From Spongospora subterranea f. sp. subterranea (taxonomy: Eukaryota), in NCBI GenBank assembly GCA_049724395.1, contig JAUGWO010000070.1:1-64000 (forward strand): a DNA stretch of 64,000 nucleotides, given 5' to 3'. Below are positions 13,234 through 23,712 of this stretch, one piece after another. Positions within the stretch are counted from its first letter, which is position 1, and each line of letters opens with the position of its first letter. The position numbers were made by a program, and so were the translations under genes. The notes beneath the pieces are model-generated. The model saw only the letters and a program-made list of their open reading frames with translations, ran no database searches and had not been told where the DNA came from.

Positions 13234-15324
13234 CAACAATCAAATCGATCTCAAAGAAGTAGCAAAGGACATTAAAACCAGATGCAAATTAATGAGAGGG
13301 CTACGAAAATATGGAATTCCAGTTTCGACCTTTCAAAAAATATGTCGAGGATTCATAGGCGGAAAACTCAATTACTACCTGCCATGGCTTGCAGCGGAAA
13401 TACACCAAACCATGAAGACCACTCTGAACCCGATGGAAATTGCATATAGAGACTATATGAGAACATTATACAGGATGTTTCCCATCGACACCAATCCCAT
13501 TATTACATGCGATATCACGATTCCCATTATTAAAGGATAGAATAATCACAGAGACAACAATGACAGTACTTTCAGCACAGGCAAATGGCACATTATTAGG
13601 AAGTGAATATGCTGCCTGGAATGGAGATGGCGATGGATGGACCCCATTAGGGGAGGTATGGAAAGCACTCAAAGAGAGAGTACCTGACACATATGATGCA
13701 GTTCATACTAGGACTGATATACCAGCACGAATATTGGAGGGATTATATAAGGTCAAATACCATTCCTCAAATAGGGAAAAAGCAATCAAAAAACACAAAA
13801 AAGGAAAGCTATTGCCGACAAACCCAGATATCGAACTATGGACAGATGGGAGTTTTAATAAGGATGTTGGCGGAGGAGCGGCAGCTCTGCTAATTGATTA
13901 TACAAATAGAGATGAAAAAGGCGAGACCAACGAAGAGATACTTACCGTTAAACTAGGAACAGAAGTGACATCATCATATGAATGTGAGATTATTGCACTG
14001 AATAGTGGACTAGATATAGCTGTAGACCAGAACTATGAGGGAAGACATATCCACATAATGACAGATTCCTTATCATGGATGAGTCAACTACAATCCTTAC
14101 CGATAAAACCAAGGAGAGTGAACGCTATCGTTGCGGAATGTGCAGATAAATTAGCGAAATTAACAAAAGAAAACATGGTGGATATACACTTTATACCAAA
14201 TCACGTGGAAAACGACAACAATAATGAAGACGAGATGAAAGTCCCCATAGGACACAGCGATGACATTGATCAACTAGCAAAGCAAGCATCGATGGACGGC
14301 GATGAAATTCAACATGACCCATTTATATCATCGTTCAAACTGCATCTTAAGAAAAGAGAGAGAGAAAACCTTAAAGATTACATCAAAGAACGAGTTCAAG
14401 CTAGCAGATTCAAAGGATACCCAGAAAGGGATAAATTTAAGATATTAATGACGCTAAACGAAAGGAAGATTGAACCTACAACCCCGCTTCTCAACAGAGC
14501 AAGAACTGGGCACTCTTGTGCAAGAAATCACCTGAAGAACCTGAATATGGATGACAGTAACATATGCAGATGGTGTAATACGGAAATAGAGACGATTGAA
14601 CATCAGGTGTTACACTGCAAGGCGTTACAAGGAAAGTTGAGTAAAGTCAGGAAAGTGTACAAAGGTTTGAACACCTCATCATTTGAAAATGCACTGTGGG
14701 AATACCCGCAAGAAATGAACAGGATCCTAAGAAGGGCAGTGAAAAAGAGGTGCTACATCTAGAACCACAGGAACCCGAATCCGAATACACGAGCAGAAAA
14801 TGCACTGTGGGAATACCCGCAAGAAATGAACAGGATCCTAAGAAGGGCAGACGGCGATCGAGACAGTGAGAGAGAGGAGGCAGCCTAGATAAATATTTTC
14901 CGAAGAGGAGTAAAACCTCGATAAAAAATCAGCTACCTAACCGTAGCGAAGAGGTGCTACCTCTCTAAATACAGGCCGAAGAGGAGGACAACCTCTATGC
15001 AAAAACCGAGCTGTCTAGTAAGGATGCGACCTGGTTAGGCCAAAGGGTGTTCCTTAGGGAATTTTTAGTGTCCCGGATACAGAGTTTTCCGGGTACGTTT
15101 TTTAGTTGGGACGGTTCAATATGTAGGACTATTCTAACCCCACACTACCCTTTGCGTCGACCAAAATGCTGAACTACCGGCGAAGGTCTATTTATCGGGT
15201 GCGAGCCTGATACTGGGAGGAGCTTCTGAGACGCGAGTCGAAGAAACGAATCTTGGCCCAATAGCCGTGGGACCGGCCGACCTGCATGAAAAGTGCAAAC
15301 TCAATCACAAAAAAAAAAAAAAAA
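13234..15324 (+). mobile_element. 3' part of the LINE (RNase H, C-terminal Zn finger, 3' UTR, poly-A); inverted duplicate of 25795-27890
   Basis: WTDGS RNase H motif, CRWC...HQVLHC, poly-A at 15309-15324 followed by the same flank (CACGAACTACTG) as the mirror copy. Confidence 0.92.
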
Positions 15325-16430
15325 CACGAACTACTGCTTTTGTCCGTTTGGGCTGATTCTTCATTGCTTTTTCATAAATGTCCTGCAATGGTAAAATCAA
15401 TTTGTTATTCTCTGGAATCGACCTATTCATCCATTGTATAGCCATCATGAATTGCTGCAAATCCCTAGCCGTTTTCGGATGTGGCATTTTATTGAGAGCC
15501 GATATCCTCCCTGGATCATGACTGACTCCATCTGGTGTGAAGATGCGGCCACAGAATTTGGCTTCCCTCAAGAACAAATCACATCGTTTAACATTGAACT
15601 TGATGTTTTTTTGTTCCGCCAATCTCAATGTCCCCTGCAGTGCTTCAAACCATTTGTCCTCAGTTTCCGCATGACCTAAAATATCGTCAATCCCGATGAT
15701 TAACGACTTGTACAGTAATTCCTCAAATATTTCATGCATCCTAGCCTGAGACTGAGTAGATGAAATCAATGCTCCTTAAATCGAACGTGTTGGAATGTAA
15801 ACTCCACGATCGGTCATGAATGAACTCATCTCCTGACACTCCTGGTCAAGTGGCATAATCCAAAATCCCTTGAACGCATCTAATGAAAACCAATACTTAG
15901 ACCCTGCTAAGTATCTAACAATGGATTCCAAGAATGGCATTGGCCATGCTGTGGCCTTGCATAATGCATTGACTTCCCTGAGATCAACACACATTCTGTA
16001 TCCTCGTTTCCCTGGTTTTCTGACAACTACCACCGGCGAAGCCCACTCCGCATTGTAGTTCTCATACACCAATCCATATTTGACCAACAACTTAACAAAA
16101 GTGTCAGAAATTCATTCTGTTCTGTGTTGTATCTCCTAGCTTTGCACCTGACTGGTTCCACATTATCCTTCAAGCATGTCTTGAAAGGTGTCACCTTAGC
16201 TGGTTCATCATTACCTAATGATGCCCTCCACACATTACCGTATGTATGGACCAATTTCCTTAGTCGACTTTCTCAATGATGTGGTAATCCATTTTGTATA
16301 GCGCGCTCAACCAAACCATTCATTGCACCTCGCAATTCCTCTGGAATATTTTCCCTAATATTCACATCCTCATCAGAAACTTCCAGATCCTAATTTCCCA
16401 ATCTTGTCCTCAAGATTAAATGCTCTAGGG
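15325..16430 (-). mobile_element. Gypsy pol (RT) fragment, mirror copy of 24690-25794
   Basis: WASPVVVVRK, YRMCVDLR, SLDAFKGFW and GIDDILG motifs. Confidence 0.9.
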
Positions 16431-16473
16431 CTGTTTTTCTAAACGGTGGCAAGGTGGCTGGCCGTCACGGACC

Positions 16474-16533
16474 ATACCAACTGAACGAGGCGTTAATATT
16501 ACAACGCCTCGTTGGTATATTGGTACTTGGTAT
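16474..16533 (+). promoter_or_regulatory. Rolling-circle replication origin: stem-loop with nonanucleotide TAATATTAC and flanking iterons
   Basis: AACGAGGCGT(16484-16493)-TAATATTAC(16494-16502)-A-ACGCCTCGTT(16504-16513). TTGGTAY at 16512, 16520 and 16527; inverted copy ATACCAA at 16474. Confidence 0.88.
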
Positions 16534-16773
16534 CCACGCAGTTTGTCCCAGAGGTACTGTACCAACGGACCGAACGCCTCGTCGGTATATAGGTACTTGG
16601 TATCCACGCAGTTTGTCACAGAGGTACCAACGGACCGATGGTGGGTACCATTTGACCGGCGGTACCAACCGACCGACGCGTGGGCCGCGCCGACTGTTAT
16701 GCGACGGACTGCGCGTCACACTGCGGCTATCATAATCGTTTTGGTGGTGGGCGTTTCGCGTCGTCGTTTGGAG

Positions 16774-16871
16774 ATGCCGAGAAGGAAAGGGCCGCCTTCA
16801 GCCACAACCGGCGTTACGGCGGAGCTCGGCAGGTTGGGCTCCGATTCGCAGAAGCGAACACGCGGCCGCCG
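16774..16871 (+). pseudogene. rep: Rep 5' fragment, variant A (MPRRKGPPSATTGVTAELGRLGSDSQKR)
   Basis: Homologous to the N-terminus of variants B and C and lies downstream of the intact origin. Further copies occur near 17060-17165(-), 18600-18935 and 23955-24345. Confidence 0.7.
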
Positions 16872-17400
16872 TCACAGAGGTACCAACGGACCGATGGTGG
16901 GTACCATCTGACCTGCGGTACCAACCGACCGGCGCGTCCCAAAACGATTATGATAGCCGCAGTGTGACGCGCAGTCCGTCACATAACAGTCAGCGCGGCC
17001 CGCGCCGATCGATTGGTACCGCCGGTCAGATGGTACCCACCATCGGTCCGTTGGTACCTCTGTGACGGCGGCCGCGTGTTCGCTTCTGCGAATCGGAGCC
17101 CAACCTGCCGAGCTCCGCCGTAACGCCGGTTGTGGCTGAAGGCGGCCCTTTCCTTCTCGGCATCTCCAAACGACGACGCGAAACGCAACGCCTCGTTGGT
17201 ACATTGGTACTTGGTATGCGGCCACGGAGTTGTCACAGAGGTACCAACGTACCAACTGACCGGTTCCGGGTACCAACCCACCGGGCTACCTACCGACAGG
17301 TGCGCAGCCCACACCGAGTCTTAAGTCACGGACTGCTCGTCACAACTTTCATTATCATATTGGTCGTGCCGTTATCGTTCGTATTCGTGCTGCTGCTGGG

Positions 17401-17835
17401 ATGCGACATAGGAAGGGGCAGGGTCCACGATCGGCGACCACAGGTGTCACAGCTGAGATCGCGCGGTTGGGGTCTGGCTCCCGCCAGCGGCGCGGCGCCA
17501 ACCGCCGACGCAAACCGCCAGCCGCCCCTCGATCCCGGTTCATTGATGACGAAGCCGGTTGCTCTTCGGAATCGACAGACGAAGCTACTCTATCGGAAGG
17601 CGGCAATGGAGTGGCATCGGGTACCGCCGATACGTTAAATGCCCCAGCAATCGCACCCGCCGATCCAGATACGTATATTCCGGCGGTTCTGTCGCCCGAG
17701 GATCAACTCACGCTCGAAGCGATGACCAGGCAGCCGACCCATGGGTTCGTATTCCGCGGCACCCATCTATTTGCAACATGGCCGCAGTGTACCACTCAAC
17801 CGTCGTAAGTACCAACCGACCGTACCCCAGGTACC
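17401..17835 (+). pseudogene. rep: Rep 5' fragment, variant B (exon 1 with motif I, and the start of the intron)
   Basis: 135-aa ORF ending GFVFRGTHLFATWPQCTTQPS, followed by a GTAAGT donor. Confidence 0.8.
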
Positions 17836-18381
17836 GTCACGATGATTCTCCTGTTTGACAACGGCTGCGCTCAACGTCATCGGGAAACAGTTTCCAAAGT
17901 TGGTCGATGACGAAACTGTGGCAACGAATTAGGGTCTCGCTCGGTTGGTACCTGGGGTACGGTCGGTTGGTACTTACGACGGTTGAGTGGTACACTGCGG
18001 CCATGTTGCAAATAGATGGGTGCCGCGGAATACGAACCCATGGGTCGGCTGCCTGGTCATCGCTTCGAGCGTGAGTTGATCCTCGGGCGACAGAACCGCC
18101 GGAATATACGTATCTGGATCGGCGGGTGCGATTGCTGGGGCATTTAACGTATCGGCGGTACCCGATGCCACTCCATTGCCGCCTTCCGATAGAGTAGCTT
18201 CGTCTGTCGATTCCGAAGAGCAACCGGCTTCGTCATCAATGAACCGGGATCGAGGGGCGGCTGGCGGTTTGCGTCGGCGGTTGGCGCCGCGCCGCTGGCG
18301 GGAGCCAGACCCCAACCGCGCGATCTCAGCTGTGACACCTGTGGTCGCCGATCGTGGACCCTGCCCCTTCCTATGTCGCAT
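17830..18381 (-). pseudogene. rep: Longest Rep fragment, variant B: exon 1, 62-nt intron (17977-17916), exon 2 up to ...ENHRDGT
   Basis: GTAAGT donor, CTAAT branch point (17932-17928) and CAG acceptor. Spliced product is LFATWPQCTTQPSFVIDQLWKLFPDDVE / (frameshift) AAVVKQENHRDGT, aligning with geminivirus Rep FLTYPQC...ELHEDGxPHLH. Confidence 0.82.
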
Positions 18382-19201
18382 CCCAGCAGCAGCACGAATA
18401 CGAACGATAACGGCACGACCAATATGATAATGAAAGTTGTGACGAGCAGTCCGTGACTTAAGACTCGGTGTGGGCTGCGCACCTGTCGGTAGGTAGCCCG
18501 GTGGGTTGGTACCCGGAACCGGTCAGTTGGTACGTTGGTACCTCTGTGACAACTCCGTGGCCGCATACCAAGTACCAATGTACCAACGAGGCGTTGTCGG
18601 CAGGTTGGGCTCCGATTCGCAGAAGCGAACACGCGGCCGCCGTCACAGAGGTACCAACGGACCGATGGTGGGTACCATCTGACCTGCGGTACCAACCGAC
18701 CGGCGCGTCCCAAAACGATTATGATAGCCGCAGTGTGACGCGTAGTCCGTCACATAACAGTCAGCGCGGCCCGCGCCGATCGATTGGTACCGCCGGTCAG
18801 ATGGTACCCACCATCGGTCCGTTGGTACCTCTGTGACGGCGGCCGCGTGTTCGCTTCTGCGAATCGGAGCCCAACCTGCCGAGCTCCGCCGTAACGCCGG
18901 TTGTGGCTGAAGGCGGCCCTTTCCTTCTCGGCATCTCCAAACGACGACGCGAAACGCCCAACGATTATGATAGCCGCAGTGTGACGCGCAGTCCGTCACA
19001 TAACAGTCGGCGCGGCCCACGCGTCGGTCGGTTGGTACCGCCGGTCAAATGGTACCCACCATCGGTCCGTTGGTACCTCTGTGACAAACTGCGTGGATAC
19101 CAAGTACCTATATACCGACGAGGCGTTCGGTCCGTTGGCACAGTACCTCTGGGACAAACTGCGTGGATACCATGTACCAATATACCAACGAGGCGTTGTA
19201 A

Positions 19202-19854
19202 GGTCCACCATCGGCGACAACAGGTGTGACCGAGGAGATCGCGCGGTTGGGGTCTGCCTCCCGCCAGCGCCGCCGTGGTAACCGCCGACGCAAACCGCCA
19301 GCCAAATGTCGATCCCGCTTCATTGACGACGAAGCCGGCTGCTCTTCCGATTCGGCAGACGACGCTACGATTTCGGACGCCGACAATGTTTTGGGATCGG
19401 GTACCGGCGAATCGCTAACTGCCCCTGTAATCGCACCCGCCGATCCAGATAAATATATTCCCGCGGTTCTGTCGCCCGAAGATCAACTGACGCTGGAAGC
19501 GATGACCAGGCAACCGGTCCATCATCGGGAAACAGTTTCCAGAGTTCGTCGATGACGAAACTGTGGCAACAAATTAGTGTACCGTTCGGTTGGTACCTTG
19601 GTAACGGTCGGTTGGTACTTTTTAAGCGAATCGGCGGTACCCGATGCCAATCCATTGTCGCCGTCCGATATAGTAGCGTCGTCTGCCGAATCGGAAGAGC
19701 AGCCGGCTTCGTCGTCAATGAAGCGGGATCGACATTTGGCTGGCGGTTTGCGTCGGCGGTTACCGCGGCGGCGCTGGCGGGAGGCAGACCCCAACCGCGC
19801 GATCTCCTCGGTCACACCTGTTGTCGCCGATGGTGGACCCTTTCTGCGTCGCAT
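19202..19854. pseudogene. rep: Rep 5' fragments, variant C, in two opposite orientations (19202-19520 +, 19523-19854 -); mirror copy at 23037-23370 +
   Basis: MRRRKGPPSATTGVTEEIARLGSASRQRRRGNRRRKPPAKCRSRFIDDEAGC..., plus a diverged copy of the intron 3' end and exon 2 (SFVIDELWKLFPDD). Confidence 0.75.
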
Positions 19855-19975
19855 CTCACCGGCGGCACGAACACAAACGACGACGGCACGACCAATATGA
19901 TTATGGAAGCTGTGACGAGCAGTCCGTGACATAAGACTTGGGGTGGGCCGCGCACCAGTGGGTTGGTACCCCGGT

Positions 19976-21575
19976 TGTTGAATACAACTTGCCAGCCTCC
20001 AGTACGGACATTCTCCAAGAAAGGTGCGTACCCCAGTCGGCGCAACCACGGCAAATGCATAACATAAGAGTGACTGTGCGGACTTTGTATTTGGATTATG
20101 CCGTGCACTCCCCCCTATATTCTCCCACCTATACATGCTATAACCACGCAGTAATAAACCTCATTCTACTATTACCTTCACATCGGAGACATCGATTTCC
20201 TTTAGATTAACAGTCGAATTGCCACCTCATCAGGCCCTTACGTATACACTTCAGTGTATCTTCTCACCACTGCACACATACACCTCAGTGTATATTTCTA
20301 CCAGCTTGTACATACACCTTAGTGTATCTTTTTCACCACTGCATACATACACCTCAGTGTATATTTCTACCAGTTCATACGTACACTTTAGTGTATATTT
20401 CTCGTTATTCCCACACTTTCTCTTCTCCGCACCTCTACTTCAACTTCAGTTGCGATGAAAGAAATTTTTCAGACGATTCCAAAGTTCTCCGGCAAAGACA
20501 CCGATGACCTGTTACTATGGCAACAAAAGGTAGTGATGTATCTATCGACAAAGGATCTGGAATTATGCGTTGAGAAAGACCCTGATGCTAACGCGACTCC
20601 GGACCAACTACGCAAAGACAAGAAAGCTAAGTCCATTTTATGCAGCTGCATTGATGACGTGATTGTCGGCGCAATAATGAAGGAAACAACGGCACGCAAG
20701 GCGTGGGCGCGCTTCTTGAAAGCCTTTACCGCAAGAAATCACGATCCACCAGAACCAGACTCATCGCCGAGTTTTGGAACTGCACAAAGAATGACGCCCC
20801 GATGGCCACTTACATTGCCACCCTTCAAGTTTTACAGTCAAAGCTCCGCGCTATCGGAAAGGATATGACAGATGAAGACATGACTGATCGCCTACTATCA
20901 GGCCTCCCATCTTGTTTTGACGCATTCACCGTCACGTTGGATACACTCAGCGAAGTCAAGTTTGCCGCTACTGCCGCGTCGCTCATCAATTTTGAAGCCC
21001 AACTCGAGCACAGGTCTCGTGAAGATGTCGGCAGTTTCCATCCTGCCTCGAGCATGCGCTACCTCAGTCAAACGGCATTCTCGCTGCAGCTATCACAACT
21101 CCAACTCGCATGACAATGCCCACTGCTGGGCACAACATCCCGAGCTACGTCCGAAACATTTATTCACTAAACAGTCTGCCTCAGTCTATCCCCTCCAACG
21201 ATCAAAAGTAGCTCCACTCTCCCAACAATCAGCTCATGAACACAGTGACGAATGGCTTCTTGACTGTTGCTGCTCAATGCACATGTGTCCGAATCCTCTA
21301 CCTTGCAGGAAGTTCTGCCCGACTCCGATCCCGTGACAGTTACTATGGCAAATAATGAGAGTCTTTGCTCAACTGCAACCGGCAGCAGCAAATGCAACCG
21401 GCAGCAGCAAAATAGGCACTGGAAATACCATCATCGATATTTCACCGGTATTACACATACCCGGTCTTTCCAATAATCTTCTCTCCATTGGACAAGCAAC
21501 TTCGGACGGACTATCGTTTTTGTTCAAGGGAGACTACTGCAAAATATTCAACATCGACGGTAAACTTGTCGGCAA
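19976..21575 (+). mobile_element. Copia element 2, 5' part (LTR, leader, gag, zinc knuckle, protease), truncated
   Basis: Candidate LTR TGTTG...TTAACA at 19976-20212 with AATAAA; tandemly repetitive leader ~20240-20400; gag from 20455, CSYHNSNSHDNAHC knuckle, WLLDCCCSMHM protease, LSNNLLSIGQ. Confidence 0.85.
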
Positions 21576-22915
21576 AGGTAGAGGATTCGGGACACATGTG
21601 CATTGAGCAGCAACAGTCAAGAAGCCATTCGTCACTGTGTTCATGAGCTGATTGTTGGGAGAGTGGAGCTACTTTTGATCGTTGGAGGGGATAGACTGAG
21701 GCAGACTGTTTAGTGAATAAATGTTTCGGACGTAGCTCGGGATGTTGTGCCCAGCAGTGGGCATTGTCATGCGAGTTGGAGTTGTGATAGCTGCAGCGAG
21801 AATGCCGTTTGACTGAGGTAGCGCATGCTCGAGGCAGGATGGAAACTGCCGACACTTCACGAGACCTGTGCTCGAGTTGGGCTTCAAAATTGATGAGCGA
21901 CGCGGCAGTAGCGGCAAACTTGACTTCGCTGAGTGTATCCAACGTGACGGTGAATGCGTCAAAACAAGATGGGAGGCCTGATAGTAGGCGATCAGTCATG
22001 TCTTCATCTGTCATATCCTTTCCGATAGCGCGGAGCTTTGACTGTAAAACTTGAAGGGTGGCAATGTAAGTGGCCATCGGGGCGTCATTCTTTGTGCAGT
22101 TCCAAAACTCGGCGATGAGTCTGGTTCTGGTGGATCGTGATTTCTTGCGGTAAAGGCTTTCAAGAAGCGCCCACGCCTTGTGTGCCGTTGTTTCCTTCAT
22201 TATTGCGCCGACAATCACGTCATCAATGCAGCTGCATAAAATGGACTTAGCTTTCTTGTCTTTGCGTAGTTGGTCCGGAGTCGCGTTAGCATCAGGGTCT
22301 TTCTCAACGCATAATTCCAGATCCTTTGTCGATAGATACATCACTACCTTTTGTTGCCATAGTAACAGGTCATCGGTGTCTTTGCCGGAGAACTTTGGAA
22401 TCGTCTGAAAAATTTCTTTCATCGCAACTGAAGTTGAAGTAGAGGTGCGGAGAAGAGAAAGTGTGGGAATAACGAGAAATGTACACTAAAGTGTACGTAT
22501 GAACTGGTAGAAAATATACACTGAGGTGTATGTATGCAGTGGTGAAAAAGATACACTAAGGTGTATGTACAAGCTGGTAGAAATATACACTGAGGTGTAT
22601 GTGTGCAGTGGTGAGAAGATACACTGAAGTGTATACGTAGGGGCCTGATGAGGTGGCAATTCGACTGTTAATCTAAAGGAAATCGATGTCTCCGATGTGA
22701 AGGTAATAGTAGAATGAGGTTTATTACTGCGTGGTTATAGCATGTATAGGTGGGAGAATAGTATAGGGGGGAGTGCACTAATAATCCAAATGACAAGCCG
22801 GTTGCTCTTCGCACAGTCACTCTTATGTTATGCATTTGCCGTGGTTGCGCCGACTGGGGGTACGCACCTTTCTTGGAGAATGTCCGTACTGGAGGCTGGC
22901 AAGTTGTATTCAACA
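21576..22915 (-). mobile_element. Fold-back (inverted) copy of Copia element 2
   Basis: Mirror of 19976-21304; gag ORF 21511-22422(-); LTR at 22666-22915. Confidence 0.88.
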
Positions 22916-23371
22916 ACCGGGGTACCAACCCACTGGTGCGCGGCCCACCCCAAGTCTTATGTCACGGACTGCTCGTCACAGCTTCCATAATCATATTGGT
23001 CGTGCCGTCGTCGTTTGTGTTCGTGCCGCCGGTGAGATGCGACGCAGAAAGGGTCCACCATCGGCGACAACAGGTGTGACCGAGGAGATCGCGCGGTTGG
23101 GGTCTGCCTCCCGCCAGCGCCGCCGCGGTAACCGCCGACGCAAACCGCCAGCCAAATGTCGATCCCGCTTCATTGACGACGAAGCCGGCTGCTCTTCCGA
23201 TTCGGCAGAGCGACGCTACTATATCGGACGGCGACAATGGATTGGATCGGGTACCGCCGATTCGCTTAAAAAGTACCAACCGACCGTTACCAAGGTACCA
23301 ACCGAACGGTACACTAATTTGTTGCCACAGTTTCGTCATCGACGAACTCTGGAAACTGTTTCCCGATGATG

Positions 23372-23712
23372 TGACCGGCTGCCTGGTCATCGCTTCGAGC
23401 GTCAGTTGATCCTCGGGCGACAGAACCGCCGGAATATACGTATCTGGATCGGCGGGTGCGATTGCTGGGGCATTTAACGATATCGGCGGTACCCGATGCC
23501 ACTCCATTGCCGGCGTCCGATAGAGTAGCGTCGTCTGTCGATTCCGAAGAGCAACCGGCTTCGTCATCAATGAACCGGGATCGAGGGGCGGCTGGCGGTT
23601 TGCGTCGGCGGTTGGCGCGGCGCCGCTGGCGGGAGCCAGACCCCAACCGCGCGATCTCAGCTGTGACACCTGTGGTCGCCGATCGTGGACCCTGCCCCTT
23701 CCTATGTCGCAT
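23372..23712 (-). pseudogene. rep: Rep 5' fragment, variant B, third copy (truncated before motif I)
   Basis: MRHRKGQGPRSATTG...FIDDEAGC...LEAMTRQP, with one frameshift. Confidence 0.72.

Noticed and set aside
15205..15260. Possible hammerhead ribozyme in the LINE 3' UTR (CTGA-GAC-GCGA-GTC-GAAGAAAC)
   Set aside because: Lacks the full CUGANGA core before the stem, and no convincing stems I and III were found.
22641..22700. CTGATGAG...GAAA hammerhead-like motif next to the Copia 2 LTR
   Set aside because: No stem II pairing between CTGATGA and GAAA.
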